Shown: one piece after another, positions 20,039 to 31,056 of the stretch | How positions within the stretch are numbered: position 1 is the stretch's first letter | Layout: each line of letters opens with the position of its first letter | NCBI GenBank assembly: GCA_965649265.1 | Contig: CBFGKC010000001.1 | Span: 204,688-268,687, forward strand | DNA from: a candidate division WOR-3 bacterium | Lineage (GTDB): Bacteria; Hydrothermota; Tepidihabitantia; B3-TA06 | Direction of reading: 5' to 3' | Length of the DNA stretch: 64,000 nt | Program-made: the position numbers and the translations under genes | The notes under the pieces: model-generated | The model's database searches: none | What the model was told of the DNA's origin: nothing | What the model saw: only the letters and a program-made list of their open reading frames with translations

Positions 20039-20983
20039 ATGACAGCTGATACATCAAGCACTGTTCGTTTCAAGCTCAACCTGGACAGGGCGTTTCGCGA
20101 CGTCTGGCAGGTTTTCAAGAAAGGCTGGCTCAGCCTGGCGGGGTTGCAGGTTATCTCCGCGGCATCCGTGGCGCTGTTTTATGTGTTCGCGCTGATTGTT
20201 GCAAAAAATCTGGCCTCTGATTTCAGCGAGCTTGAAAAAAACAACGCCCTTTACCCCCTCATCGCCGTAGGCATCGCTCTGGTCGCGGCCCTCTTCTTTT
20301 TCACGAACTGGGTTTCGGCTTCAAGCGCTCTTGTCGCTCACCGCTCGATGACCGGTGAGGAAAGAAAAGCAGGTCGCGCGCTGGTGGATTCCTGGCCGCA
20401 AACAGGTCGTCTTCTTTTGTTTAACCTGATGATGACCGGCCTCGTTCTTGCGGTATACGCCGCTCTTGCCGTTCCCGTTGCCTTGCTGATCTCTGCATCG
20501 TCTGGAAGCGAGACTAAACTTGGCTGGGCCATAGGGCTTTCATTAGTCTTGATCTTCGTTTTCATCATGGGTCTTGCGGTGCTTGGTTCCTGGCTTTACA
20601 TCAAGCTCGGGTTCGTCTCCTTCGCCATAGTCGTCGAAAAAAAGGGGATCGGGGATGCGATCCGCAGGAGTTTTTCCTTGACCCTGAAAAACTTCTGGGC
20701 GTCACTCGGGGTTATTTTTCTCGGGAGCATGATTGTGAGCGTCGCGGTCAGCGTTCTTATGTACATTATCTCGATTCCACTGATGATCACCTGGGTCGTA
20801 TCCCTGGCGGCCTACTCCAAGGATAACGTGCTGCCCTTGGGCGTCATTATCGGATTTGCCGCGGCCCAATTTCTCGCTCAGATCATCATGGGTATGGGTA
20901 TTTGGTCGCTTTGGGGAGGACTCTACTCCCAGCTGAAGGACAACGCCCCCTCCTCGCTCTCCTCACCCTCCCAGACCTCCTAA
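20039..20983 (+). CDS. Multi-pass membrane protein (GDPD-membrane-domain-like)
   Basis: About 6 hydrophobic helices; 'VVE..G..DAI.RSF.L...FW' motif. Confidence 0.6.
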   Translation: MTADTSSTVRFKLNLDRAFRDVWQVFKKGWLSLAGLQVISAASVALFYVFALIVAKNLASDFSELEKNNALYPLIAVGIALVAALFFFTNWVSASSALVAHRSMTGEERKAGRALVDSWPQTGRLLLFNLMMTGLVLAVYAALAVPVALLISASSGSETKLGWAIGLSLVLIFVFIMGLAVLGSWLYIKLGFVSFAIVVEKKGIGDAIRRSFSLTLKNFWASLGVIFLGSMIVSVAVSVLMYIISIPLMITWVVSLAAYSKDNVLPLGVIIGFAAAQFLAQIIMGMGIWSLWGGLYSQLKDNAPSSLSSPSQTS

Positions 20984-21040
20984 CCATCCTCTCCCCCCCA
21001 GCCCTACCTTTTCCTGAGGGTGAGAGATATCTTTAAACGC

Positions 21041-21553
21041 TCAGATCCACTTCTCGTAAGAGACTATCTCTTCGACCTCCTTGCGGTTCTTGAAGCGGGC
21101 CTGGTCGCGCGCATAGCCGAGCGTCAGAAGCGCTGCGACCTTGAATTCTTTCGGTATGCCAAGGAGTTTCTTGACGTCCTCCTGATAGAATGCGCCCAGC
21201 CAGCATGAGCCCAATCCCTGTTCCACCGCCGCAAGCGTCATGTGATCCACGGCAATCGCAAGATCAACGGCGTATGACGGAACGCCGCAGGTCATTACCC
21301 TTTCCGGTTCCAGGGCAACGGCCGCAATAATCACCGGCGCCTCGGCCACGAACTGCTGTTCTTTTGCCGCTTTTGCCAGCGCCTTGCGCATGGCCGCATC
21401 ACGGACAATCACGAACTTCCACGGCTGCTTGTTGTTTGCAGACGGAGCAAGCCTTGCCGCCTCGAGCACTTTCAAGAGAACATCCTGGGCTATTTCCCTC
21501 TTGTCGTAAGCGCGCACACTCCTGCGATCGCGAATAGCTTTTGAAACGTCCAT
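21041..21553 (-). CDS. Nitroreductase family protein
   Basis: RRSVR.Y, APSANNKQPW, GLGSCW. Confidence 0.9.
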   Translation of the reverse strand: MDVSKAIRDRRSVRAYDKREIAQDVLLKVLEAARLAPSANNKQPWKFVIVRDAAMRKALAKAAKEQQFVAEAPVIIAAVALEPERVMTCGVPSYAVDLAIAVDHMTLAAVEQGLGSCWLGAFYQEDVKKLLGIPKEFKVAALLTLGYARDQARFKNRKEVEEIVSYEKWI

Positions 21554-21611
21554 TAGAACTCCTTGGTTTGAAAAAAGTCTATCAACAATCCACTTGTTGT
21601 CAATAAACGGG

Positions 21612-23342
21612 TCACGTAAATCGATTAGTACCCATTCTTTCTTGCCTGAGCGCGTCCGTAAGAACCCTCGAGATATCATCCCGTGATTCGGCCTTGAGAA
21701 CTGCGAGTCTCACTTTCTCGGCTTCCATCGTTCTTGCGATTGCGGCGAGGATCTTTACTTGAAAATCTTCCTTGTCATCCTGCGGGGTTAAAAGCAGGAA
21801 AACGAAATTCACGGGCAAACCATCTGAAGTGTTCCATTCAATGCCCTTATAAGATCTTCCAAGCGTGAAAACAGGTTCCCTGATGCCTTCTATCCTTGCG
21901 TGAGGTATAGCTATTCCTTTTTCCATGCCCGTTCCCAGTATGCTTTCGCGCATGTTTACCGCTGCGCTCGAAACGGGCTCTTCAGGGGCGTTCTCCTTTC
22001 TCGAAACGGCTTCGCACAGTTCCGCAATGACCTCGGTTGGAGTACTGCCATTAAGATTTTCAATGATTCCGTCGGCAAAGAAATACTTCAATGCATCGAA
22101 CTTGCCCTTTAGCTTCAAGGTTGCCGAAAGTAAAGGGCCTACGACTATCGAGGATACGACGGCCGCAATGACGATGGATTCGAAAACCGCAAGACTGATA
22201 ATCCCGTACTCCAATGCCAGGCCCGAGATGATGATCTCCATTGCTCCGCCGGGGATGAGAGCAATTCCTGCGGCCACAACGTCCTCGGAAGGCATTCTTG
22301 CAAGCTTGGCGCCGAGTATCGCTCCCAGGAACTTTCCGCCCATATCTATAAGCAGAACAATCAATACAATCAGAAGATCAAAATTGGCGAGAAAGTCCAC
22401 ACGGAGTCCTATGGTGACGAAGAAGACGGGTACAAAAAAGGAGTTCACCACCTGGGTTATTGTTTCGCGGGTTTTTTCCTGAATCTGACTCGCTTCCCCT
22501 GCCATTATCCCTGCAACAAGAAACCCGAACGCCGCATGTATGCCGATTAACTGGCTTAGAGCCCCGCAAACGCCTCCCAAAATTACAATAAAACTAAGAA
22601 TGATTCCCGGTTTCGGCAGCGGGCTTTTATTGAACCAACCGGCGAGGCGGTCTACTGCGACCCGGCCAAGTGTAAAACTCACGACAAGGAAAAGAAAGGT
22701 CCCTCCGACTACCTTGAGCATGGAGAGCCAGGCGAACTTACTCTCGAAAACAAGACCAAGAACGAGGGTGAAGAGAACCCATGCCAGGATGTCTTTGAGG
22801 GTGGACGACGCGAGTATATTCAGGCCAAAATCACTCTTTAAGATGTCGAAATCCTGAAGGACTTTCGCTATTACTGGTACGGCTGAGATGCCGACAATCG
22901 TTGCGAAAAGTAATGCAAACGGCAACCTTGCTCCGGCGCTGCCGATGAAGCGCTCGGGCACAATGAGTGCTGCCGCGAATCCCAATACTGCCGGAACCAG
23001 CATTCCTGTAAGGCCCAGTGAGATGGAAGTCCTGCGGTGTCGCCAGATAACGGAGGAGTCGACCTCGAAACCCGTCACGAGAAGCAGAAAAAAAACCCCA
23101 AGCCATGATACGGTATCCAGCATGCTTTTCTGCGTCGCATCCTGGGGGAAGAGGAAGGATTCGATTCCGGGAAAGAACCTTCCGAGGACCGTTGGTCCCA
23201 AGATTACACCGACGAGGATTTCCCCAACCAGAGCGGGCTGCTTGAGCCTGCGAAACAATTCGCCTGCTGCTTTTGCCGTAAATAAAATAATTACTAATTG
23301 TATAAGGAATATGAGTATGTTATGCTCGTTTATAAACTGCAC
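21612..23342 (-). CDS. CPA2 cation:proton antiporter fused to a C-terminal PTS EIIA(Ntr/Fru)-like domain
   Basis: QPALVGEILVGVILGP, FFVPVFFVTIG; C-terminal RE...TG..GIAIPHAR. Confidence 0.85.
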   Translation of the reverse strand: MQFINEHNILIFLIQLVIILFTAKAAGELFRRLKQPALVGEILVGVILGPTVLGRFFPGIESFLFPQDATQKSMLDTVSWLGVFFLLLVTGFEVDSSVIWRHRRTSISLGLTGMLVPAVLGFAAALIVPERFIGSAGARLPFALLFATIVGISAVPVIAKVLQDFDILKSDFGLNILASSTLKDILAWVLFTLVLGLVFESKFAWLSMLKVVGGTFLFLVVSFTLGRVAVDRLAGWFNKSPLPKPGIILSFIVILGGVCGALSQLIGIHAAFGFLVAGIMAGEASQIQEKTRETITQVVNSFFVPVFFVTIGLRVDFLANFDLLIVLIVLLIDMGGKFLGAILGAKLARMPSEDVVAAGIALIPGGAMEIIISGLALEYGIISLAVFESIVIAAVVSSIVVGPLLSATLKLKGKFDALKYFFADGIIENLNGSTPTEVIAELCEAVSRKENAPEEPVSSAAVNMRESILGTGMEKGIAIPHARIEGIREPVFTLGRSYKGIEWNTSDGLPVNFVFLLLTPQDDKEDFQVKILAAIARTMEAEKVRLAVLKAESRDDISRVLTDALRQERMGTNRFT

Positions 23343-23464
23343 GCTGCACTATACACGCGTCATTATGCTTGTCAAGACGGGATATCTTCTCAAATCACAA
23401 AATGCCTGGACCGGGGGGGGGCCGGTCCAGGCGCGCTAAATTCTGGTCTTAATTAATACAGGTG

Positions 23465-24400
23465 TCAGCTTCCGCCAAGCAACTTGTAAAGTATGGCCTT
23501 TTGAATGTGAAGCCTGTTTTCCGCTTCGTCGAGCACGACGGAGTGGGGCCCGTCGAGCACCTCGTCCGTTATCTCCTCGCCGCGGTGGGCGGGCAGGCAG
23601 TGTTCAACCAGGGCATCTGCTTTGGCGTGGCTTACGAGTTCTGCATTCACCTGGAAGGGGGCAAAGGTTTTCTTTCTTTCCTGAGCCTCTGCCTCTTGAC
23701 CCATTGAGGCCCACACGTCCGTGTAGAGCACATCCGCGTCGGCCGCCGCTTCCTTCGGGTCATTGGTAATCAAAACCTCGGCACCCGTCTTTTTGGCGTC
23801 TTCACGGGTTTTCTCGATGAAGTCCTTCCCGGGTTCATAACCCTTGGGACATCCTATGGCCACGCTTGCGCCCAGTTTTGCCGCCGTAAGCATAAGGGAG
23901 TGAGCCACGTTGTTGCCGTCACCAATGTACGCAAGCTTGATAGAGGTCCAGTCGAACGCGTCTTCATTGCCCGCCTTGCCTTTATGATCAAGCACCGTCA
24001 GAAAGTCCGCAAGCGCCTGGCAGGGGTGCTCGGCGTCGGAGAGTGCGTTGACCACCGGCACGGTTGCATACTCTGCAAGCTCTTCCACGGTCTTGTGCGC
24101 GAAGGTTCTTGCGCTTATCGCGTTCACCCACCGGGAGAGATTGGCCGCGACGTCTGGCACCGATTCCCTTTTCCCGAGGCCTATATCCGTCGGCGCGAGG
24201 TATAGCACCTGCCCGCCGAGTTGAAAGAACGCGACGGAGAACGTCACCCGGGTCCGCAGCGACGGTTTCTCGAACACGAGCACCATGGTTTTGCCTTTTG
24301 CAATATCCATCTGCTTGAGTTTTATCTCGTGTGCCGTCTTGAAAAGCTCCTTGATCTCAGCTCCGGTGAGATCGGAAATGGATACTAGATCCTTCTTCAA
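23465..24400 (-). CDS. argF: Ornithine carbamoyltransferase
   Basis: FEKPSLRTR, HPCQALAD, YTDVWASMG, HCLP, EAENRLH. Confidence 0.93.
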   Translation of the reverse strand: MKKDLVSISDLTGAEIKELFKTAHEIKLKQMDIAKGKTMVLVFEKPSLRTRVTFSVAFFQLGGQVLYLAPTDIGLGKRESVPDVAANLSRWVNAISARTFAHKTVEELAEYATVPVVNALSDAEHPCQALADFLTVLDHKGKAGNEDAFDWTSIKLAYIGDGNNVAHSLMLTAAKLGASVAIGCPKGYEPGKDFIEKTREDAKKTGAEVLITNDPKEAAADADVLYTDVWASMGQEAEAQERKKTFAPFQVNAELVSHAKADALVEHCLPAHRGEEITDEVLDGPHSVVLDEAENRLHIQKAILYKLLGGS

Positions 24401-24440
24401 CTATCCTCCTTCGAGATCATTCTTGGTCCTTATTTCAGGA

Positions 24441-26726
24441 TTAATTAACGATGATTACTTTCTTGTTTGTCTCCCCGGTACTTGACGTTGTGCGAATGAA
24501 GTAGACTCCGGCGGTAATCGTGACATCAGATTCGCTCAGATCCCACGTCAGCGGAGCCAATCCTTGAGTCTGTGTTACCTTCCTTCCTGATGCATCAAAG
24601 AGTACCGCTTTCAGCGCCGTGCCTTTAGGTCCTTCAAAGTGAAGGACACCCTTTGATATCGTCTCAAGAAGAGCCACGGGAGCCGGCCTGATCTCCGCAA
24701 GCTCGTGAACTCCGGTGGATACTTTGCCTTTGAAGGAAGTCAAAGCGATATCGTCTACGTACCAGCCGTCGGCTTCTACGCCGCTGTCGGCGCTCAAGAT
24801 GAACCTTATCTGAAAGTCTTTTGAACCGACGAAGTCCGAGAGATCAAAACTCTCCTTTTTCCACGTATTGTCGACTCCGGACCAGTGCTTTAAGGTAACC
24901 CAATCCGCAAGTTGTGAGCTCTTGATCTGCAGCGCGGCCCAATCGAAGCCTTTTTCCAGCTCAAAGTGATGCCAGAAGCTCAACTCGGGTGCCACCCTGT
25001 TCTCAAGATTCAACTTGGGACTCTCGAGATAGTAGAATGAGGGTGAACCGTAATTACCTGTCGGGGAATCGGTAATCGAGTACTTTCCCGAGTGCTTCGA
25101 TGTGGTCGTCAGAGACCAGTTCGAGTTCCATCCGGGATACTGCATGTCATCGAAATTCTCGGTGATGAGCGAGTCACACTTGCCGACAGGGATTTCAAGA
25201 TTATGTATAAATTCATGCCCGGCCGCAGTTATCGTTAATGTCACAGGTATAGCCGAATCGGGTTTCGCCGAAGCCGATACCGTGAGTTCAAACGGGTCAG
25301 AGGAGTTTGAACCCTCGCTGCGCATGGAAAGTGAAGCGATGCTGGCGTCAGGCTTGTCTATTGTAACCCGTGAGTCCTGTGATTCGAGTTTGAGGGAAAT
25401 GGTTTTGGAGGAGTCCTTCACGCTCAGATTCTTGATTCCGACGGTAAGCTCGATCGATTCTCCCGGTGAGATGACGGCGTCCCCTCCGTCGGACCAAGAA
25501 ACCGACATCAGCTCCGGATATACGGACGCCGCTTTTGCCGTTGCCAGCAGAAACGGGTGAGTTTCAGCCAGTTGTTCATCTATGGCGTATTCCTGCCAGA
25601 AATCTTCTCCTATTTCGGGAGTCACGGAGAGTATCCGGTTCTTTGCCTCCGTCTCTCCGTACATCCAGTCGTCGGAGTCCCCGTTTGTGTTATAAAGCAG
25701 GTATCCCGTGATTACACTATAGTACTTTGCCCGCGATTCGATCTCACTCCAGGAACCCGTGCGCGTCGCTTCCTCACCCCAGTCGAAATACGGGAAAGAA
25801 TCGGCACAGCTTAAATCGATATAACCCCATGGGTACAGAAACAGATTGGAATAGCTGTGGAAGTTGAGGCCGAGAACGAAATTGTGAGCCTTGCAGAGGT
25901 TCATAATCGACTGTGTTTCAGGTTCTGAGCCGGGATTCGGACCCCGATAGGAATCCGAGCGAGTATTCGGCGACGATCCTTCGTCATCGTAACCCCACTG
26001 GTACGTGTAATTACGGTTGATATCCACCCCTGGATTCATGGCGCTTCCGGGGCGGCCATTCTTGCGGAACATACCTCCTCCCCCCGGGTCGTTTGCCTCG
26101 TTGATCAGATACCCGTCGGGATTGACCATGGGAACTATCCAGATTTGTCTGTTATCGACGAAATACGTCGCCAAAGGATCCTTCCCGTAGTTTTCACAAA
26201 GCCACCTTGCCCATTCGACACAAATCTGCACGGAGATCGGTTCCCTTGCGTGGTGCAAGCCGGTATAGAGAACCTCAGGTTCGTCCTCCTCCGTCTCCAC
26301 GTTATCCGATATCTTGACCGCCCAGACAGAGTTAGAATCCCACGTCATATCGTTCGTGTCGTTAGGGAGAGCCATCCTGGCCGTCATTATATCGGGGAAC
26401 CGCTCGTGCAGCGAATCGAGAATAGCCACAGCCTCATGGTAGCAATAGTAATTGCCGAAAGGGCCATCTCCGGCCATCTTCGATGCATAATACGACTCCA
26501 GATCGGGCACAAGGACCCTGTATCCGATTCCGGCGTTGTCGAGTAGGGACAGTTCTTGTCCGGTAACTATGACATCGGCCCAGAATCCGGGTTTCACATT
26601 GACCACATCGAGTTCTGCCATCACTTGTGGAGGCGGAGGGGAGGACAAATCTACACGCACTTTCGACCATGTTTCGCCCGAAAGTGCGGAGCCCAAAATC
26701 AGAATGAAAAAGGCTGCATTTTTCAT
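24441..26726 (-). CDS. Secreted M14 zinc carboxypeptidase (carboxypeptidase T-like) with C-terminal sorting domain
   Basis: HHARE, NPDG, RKN, GVDINRN, SEPETQ, FHSYS; C-terminal 'FDASGRKV...AGVYFIR'. Confidence 0.88.
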   Translation of the reverse strand: MKNAAFFILILGSALSGETWSKVRVDLSSPPPPQVMAELDVVNVKPGFWADVIVTGQELSLLDNAGIGYRVLVPDLESYYASKMAGDGPFGNYYCYHEAVAILDSLHERFPDIMTARMALPNDTNDMTWDSNSVWAVKISDNVETEEDEPEVLYTGLHHAREPISVQICVEWARWLCENYGKDPLATYFVDNRQIWIVPMVNPDGYLINEANDPGGGGMFRKNGRPGSAMNPGVDINRNYTYQWGYDDEGSSPNTRSDSYRGPNPGSEPETQSIMNLCKAHNFVLGLNFHSYSNLFLYPWGYIDLSCADSFPYFDWGEEATRTGSWSEIESRAKYYSVITGYLLYNTNGDSDDWMYGETEAKNRILSVTPEIGEDFWQEYAIDEQLAETHPFLLATAKAASVYPELMSVSWSDGGDAVISPGESIELTVGIKNLSVKDSSKTISLKLESQDSRVTIDKPDASIASLSMRSEGSNSSDPFELTVSASAKPDSAIPVTLTITAAGHEFIHNLEIPVGKCDSLITENFDDMQYPGWNSNWSLTTTSKHSGKYSITDSPTGNYGSPSFYYLESPKLNLENRVAPELSFWHHFELEKGFDWAALQIKSSQLADWVTLKHWSGVDNTWKKESFDLSDFVGSKDFQIRFILSADSGVEADGWYVDDIALTSFKGKVSTGVHELAEIRPAPVALLETISKGVLHFEGPKGTALKAVLFDASGRKVTQTQGLAPLTWDLSESDVTITAGVYFIRTTSSTGETNKKVIIVN

Positions 26727-26727
26727 G

Positions 26728-27363
26728 CTAGCTCCTTTCAAGTCGCCTAGTTACGATAGTAAGCCATGCCTTTAAGAGTTTCCCCTCAGGCGATGCCCAC
26801 ACAACCAGGAGCGGCTCATGTTCAAGGTTTCCTTTACTGTCAACCCAGCCTGCCATACTGTATATCGCCACTTTCTTATCTGAATCATAACCCTCAAGTC
26901 TCAGATAGCCGTCCGTCTCCCAGCCGTCTAACCCTTTATTCCTGATTAGACGAGAGATGCGCTTTCCTTGTTTGCGGAGCAAAGTGTTAACCTGGTTACG
27001 CACCGCTTGTCTCGAAAGCGGGGTTTCACCGTAATCCAGGAGTCGGGCCTTGACCACATAGCCCCATGCTTCTTTCCCGCACGGTGTTACGTGCACGTTC
27101 AGCGCGCCACCGTTGTAAGGTTCAATGATGGTATCTAACATCAGTCGAGCCACACGAAAGGCCGTATCGTTCTCTATTCTGGTGACATCCAGAACCTGGA
27201 GTTTATCGGAGAGCATCGTAAGGGTTGCCGTGAGGGTCGTGTCATTTGAGCCGAACTCGAGCGAGTACGAAGGAACCACGGGCGGCCTTTCGTCATACAT
27301 GGCAATCCTCAGGGTGCAGCCTGAAATCAGGAAAGAAACGAGAGCGGCGGAAAGAAAACGCAT
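26728..27363 (-). CDS. Hypothetical lipoprotein
   Basis: MRFLSAALVSFLISGC lipobox; promoter immediately upstream. Confidence 0.65.
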   Translation of the reverse strand: MRFLSAALVSFLISGCTLRIAMYDERPPVVPSYSLEFGSNDTTLTATLTMLSDKLQVLDVTRIENDTAFRVARLMLDTIIEPYNGGALNVHVTPCGKEAWGYVVKARLLDYGETPLSRQAVRNQVNTLLRKQGKRISRLIRNKGLDGWETDGYLRLEGYDSDKKVAIYSMAGWVDSKGNLEHEPLLVVWASPEGKLLKAWLTIVTRRLERS

Positions 27364-27503
27364 CAAAGAGTATAATATAGCCTGAATTTGAGTCAACCCG
27401 GTTGTTTTTGTCATAAAACAGGCACCTCGAAAAAAAGAGCAGGCAAGAAGGCATACAGATCGAAGACCCGTAAATGGGGTCAGGGGAGAGCGTGCCGAGG
27501 AGT

Positions 27504-28376
27504 TTATATCTTTACGGCGGTTCGTTTTCGCTGGCGCAATACCTGGACCGAATCAAACCCCGCTTCCCGGAGAAGCTGCCGCCCCCTTCGTTCAGCGTAA
27601 CCTATCTCGTAATACTTATGCGCGTCCGAACCGTACGTTACCATTCCGCCGGCGGATGCCAGGAGGCGCAGAATATCTTTGCCTGGGAAGGGCTCATCCG
27701 TGGCTTGTCTCCAGCCCGAGGTGTTCAACTCGACCACCAGACCATTGCTTGCGGCGGTGGAGATGATTCTTCCAACCAATTCGGAGTAATCGCCCCTTAA
27801 GTAGTTCTGCGGCGCGTACATGTATTTACGCACGTAATCAAGGTGGCCGAGTATCTGGAACAGGCCGCTCGAGGCCGCTCCAAGCAGGGACTCGAAGTAC
27901 GGGGTAAAGGAGAGCCCCTTGTCTTCGGTCTCCCTCACCCATTTTGAAACGAGTGTACCCTGCACGTAATGCACCGACCCTATGGCATAGTCGAAGGGTT
28001 GTGAGGCCAGGAAATCCTTGATTTCCCTTTCCATCCCCGGGATGAATCCTGCCTCCACCCCGTAAAGTATCTCGAGCCTTCCCTCGTAAACGGTGCGCAG
28101 ACGCTTTATCTCTTCAAGAATCGCGCTCCCCGCGTATCTTTCGGACACATAAGCCTCGTCCTCATGAACGAATTCGGCGTGGTCGCTGAAGCCTATGACC
28201 TTCAGACCCCTTGCGACAGCGGCCCGGCAGGCTCTTTCAGGTGGTATCTGCGAATCTGGAGAGAATGTCGTGTGCACGTGAAGGTCAATGCCGGGGCCGG
28301 CTCCTTCAGGTCGTGCGCTATAAGAATTTTCCCGCTCTCCCTTTCCCGCCGCCGATCTCGTAGATGCGTTTTTCAT
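27504..28376 (-). CDS. PHP-family histidinol-phosphatase (HisJ-like)
   Basis: DLHVH, FSDH, IGSVH, GHLD, ELNTSG, GSDAH. Confidence 0.85.
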   Translation of the reverse strand: MKNASTRSAAGKGERENSYSARPEGAGPGIDLHVHTTFSPDSQIPPERACRAAVARGLKVIGFSDHAEFVHEDEAYVSERYAGSAILEEIKRLRTVYEGRLEILYGVEAGFIPGMEREIKDFLASQPFDYAIGSVHYVQGTLVSKWVRETEDKGLSFTPYFESLLGAASSGLFQILGHLDYVRKYMYAPQNYLRGDYSELVGRIISTAASNGLVVELNTSGWRQATDEPFPGKDILRLLASAGGMVTYGSDAHKYYEIGYAERRGRQLLREAGFDSVQVLRQRKRTAVKI

Positions 28377-28401
28377 TGTAATTCCTTGCTTTGAGATGAC
28401 G

Positions 28402-29376
28402 TCAGGTCTTTCGATGCATCCACACGTCGCGGTTGAGGATGTTTGAGGGTATCTGGCCGGCGAAGACCTTGAGCACCGCGTATGCACAGAGTTCCGACAT
28501 CGCCGAACGCGTTTCGTAAGTTGCCGAGCCTACATGCGGAGCCAGGACGACGTTCTCCAACCTCAAAAGCTCCGGTGAAATGTCCGGTTCCCATTCGTAA
28601 ACGTCAAGGCCGGCCGCCGCAAGGGTGCCTGCTTTAAGAGCCGCGACCAGCGACTTCTCGTCGATTATCGCTCCGCGCGCGGTATTTACAAGAACCGCGG
28701 TCGGCTTCATCCTGAACAACTGGTGGGCGTCAATCAGGTGTTTGGTATACTTTGTCAGCGGAAGATGTATCGAGATGAAATCGGATGTGTGCATGAGGTA
28801 CGAGATATCCACCTTCTTCGCGCCCAGCTCGGTCTCCAGTGCCTCGTTGGGCTTCTCGTCGTAGTACAACACGTTCATCTCGAATCCTCGTGAGGCGAGA
28901 GCGAATCGGGTTCCTATCCTGCCTGTGCCCACGACTCCCAGAGTCTTCCCGCGGATGCCCTGTCCCATGAGGAGCATGGGTCCCCAGCCGTTAAAGCGGC
29001 CTTCGCGGGTAAAACGCTCGCCCTCGCCTATCCTTCGCGCGGCCGCGAAGAGCAGCGCCCACGCGAGTTCGGCGGTGGCGTCCGTGAGCACGTCAGGGGT
29101 GTTTGTGACCACTATCCCTTTTTTGGTCGCGGCATCAACGTCAATGTTGTCGTAGCCCACGGCGAAATTCGCGATGACCTTCAGACGGGGAGCCTGGTCC
29201 ATAAGCTCGGCGTCCACCCTGTCCGAGAGCAGCGGTATCAATGCGTCCGCGGTCCTTATCTTTTCCGCGAGAATTGCGCGCGGAACGGGCATGGGCTGCT
29301 CATAGACCTCTACCTCGTGGTCCGACAGCGCTTCGAGCCCCGAGGGGGGGATGCGCCTGGTAACGTATATCTTCAT
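28402..29376 (-). CDS. D-isomer 2-hydroxyacid dehydrogenase (glyoxylate/hydroxypyruvate reductase)
   Basis: [38 protein letters not shown]. Confidence 0.9.
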   Translation of the reverse strand: MKIYVTRRIPPSGLEALSDHEVEVYEQPMPVPRAILAEKIRTADALIPLLSDRVDAELMDQAPRLKVIANFAVGYDNIDVDAATKKGIVVTNTPDVLTDATAELAWALLFAAARRIGEGERFTREGRFNGWGPMLLMGQGIRGKTLGVVGTGRIGTRFALASRGFEMNVLYYDEKPNEALETELGAKKVDISYLMHTSDFISIHLPLTKYTKHLIDAHQLFRMKPTAVLVNTARGAIIDEKSLVAALKAGTLAAAGLDVYEWEPDISPELLRLENVVLAPHVGSATYETRSAMSELCAYAVLKVFAGQIPSNILNRDVWMHRKT

Positions 29377-30392
29377 ATACCGAGTTCTCCTGTCTTGCTC
29401 TTTGTCCTCCTGCGTTTCTGGCTCGGGTACTCGCCGAGATGTTGGCAAGCAATATCCGTAACTACCCTTCCCGACGGCGTTCTCGTGATGAAACCTATCT
29501 TCAAAAGGAAGGGCTCGACCATGTCCACGATGGTGTCCTGCTCCTGCTGCAGGGTGGCGGCAATCGCTTCCAGGCCCACAGGACCTCCGCCGTAGAACCT
29601 GATAATCGAGCAAAGCAGCGTTCTGTCCAGGTCCGTAAGGCCTATCTCGTCCACCCCCTCGAGCGCGAGCGCGTCCGATGCTATCTTCTTCGTGATGTGC
29701 CCGTCGGCCCGGACCTGGGCATAGTCGCGCACACGTTTCAGAAGCGTGTTGGCTATTCGCGGCGTTCCCCTTGCCCGTCTCGCGATCTCGAGCGACCCCT
29801 CCCCGTCCACCTGAACCTCGAGTATCCCCGCCGAGCGTTTGATCACCTTGGCAAGCTCCTCCTCCCCATAGAACTCCACCGACCTTGCGATGCCGAAGCG
29901 CTCACGCATCGGTGCAGAGAGCAGCCCTGGTCTTGTGGTCGCGCCGACCAGAGTGAAGCGCTCCAGTCTGAACCTGTGCGAGCGGGCGTGTGCGCCCTTG
30001 TCGAAAATGAAGTCGACGGCGAAGTCTTCCATGGCCGGATAAAGGAACTCCTCCACGAGCTTCGGGAGCCGGTGAATCTCGTCAATAAAAAGAACCGAGC
30101 CTCGTTCCAGGCCGGTAAGATAGGCAATCAAATCTCCCGCTCTCTCCAGCGCCGGGCCCGACGTCGTCACGATGGACGCATCCATCTCCCTTGCTATCAC
30201 GTTGGCGAAGGTCGTCTTTCCGAGTCCGGGCGGTCCGTGCAGCAGAACGTGATCCATGGGTTCGCCCCTTTTCTTTGCCGCCTCGATGGCTATCGAAAGA
30301 GTCTCCACGAGCCTTGGCTGTCCTATGCATTCCGAAAGCCTCTTCGGCCTCAGATCCCACGTCGCGTTCTCCGGCTCTTTGCCCCCCTCCAT
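29373..30392 (-). CDS. ruvB: Holliday junction helicase RuvB
   Basis: [28 protein letters not shown]. Confidence 0.96.
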   Translation of the reverse strand: MEGGKEPENATWDLRPKRLSECIGQPRLVETLSIAIEAAKKRGEPMDHVLLHGPPGLGKTTFANVIAREMDASIVTTSGPALERAGDLIAYLTGLERGSVLFIDEIHRLPKLVEEFLYPAMEDFAVDFIFDKGAHARSHRFRLERFTLVGATTRPGLLSAPMRERFGIARSVEFYGEEELAKVIKRSAGILEVQVDGEGSLEIARRARGTPRIANTLLKRVRDYAQVRADGHITKKIASDALALEGVDEIGLTDLDRTLLCSIIRFYGGGPVGLEAIAATLQQEQDTIVDMVEPFLLKIGFITRTPSGRVVTDIACQHLGEYPSQKRRRTKSKTGELGI

Positions 30393-30420
30393 CAGTATGT
30401 CCTGCCTCGGTTCTCTCTCG

Positions 30421-31056
30421 TTATCTTCTTGCCTTGTATACTGCATCGAACAGCTCCTCGGGGGTTTCGATTGCCGGGTTTTCCTTGAGCGATTCGTCGA
30501 CCATCAATACGGCCTCGGCCCGCTTGTACCCCAGCTGGGATACGAGGACCTCTATAACCTGCAGCCTGAGTTCATCGCTGGTCAAGGGCTCCACGACCTC
30601 CTCCTCCTCGATTCTCATGAGCGCGAACTTTGCCATCTTGCCCGAAAGCGTTGCCGCTATCTTTTCGGCCTTCGACTTCCCGATCCCAGCAAGCTTCGTC
30701 AGCACGCCCACGTCCTTGGCCTCAATGGCCCTGGCGATGGTCCTTATCGGCATGCTGAGCGCCTTTGCGGCGGCAGTGGGGCCGATGTCCTGTACCGTTA
30801 TCAGTTTCGTGAAGAACTCGCGCTCCACCTCGTCCCTGAAGCCTATTAAAAGCGGCTTTGGAGTGCGCTCGGTCTGGTGAAGGTAGATGAAGAGCGAGAG
30901 CGCGGGCCGCTCCTCGAGTGACATCCTTTGAATCCCCAACTCCTTCCATACGATGTGCGGCAGCCTGACTTCGTACCCGATGCTTCCTGAAAGAAGCGTT
31001 ATCTGTTCCTGCTCCTCGTCGCGGGCAATCACGCGTCCTTCAAGATAACCTATCAT
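30421..31056 (-). CDS. ruvA: Holliday junction branch migration protein RuvA
   Basis: MIGYLEG, IGYEV, HhH motifs IGP..A and [13 protein letters not shown]. Confidence 0.92.
   Translation of the reverse strand: MIGYLEGRVIARDEEQEQITLLSGSIGYEVRLPHIVWKELGIQRMSLEERPALSLFIYLHQTERTPKPLLIGFRDEVEREFFTKLITVQDIGPTAAAKALSMPIRTIARAIEAKDVGVLTKLAGIGKSKAEKIAATLSGKMAKFALMRIEEEEVVEPLTSDELRLQVIEVLVSQLGYKRAEAVLMVDESLKENPAIETPEELFDAVYKARR

Noticed and set aside
29439-30488. 349-aa ORF antisense to ruvB, and similar long antisense ORFs (8032-8805, 52961-53845, 49404-50063)
   Set aside because: Shadow ORFs of GC-rich genuine genes, with no recognisable motifs.
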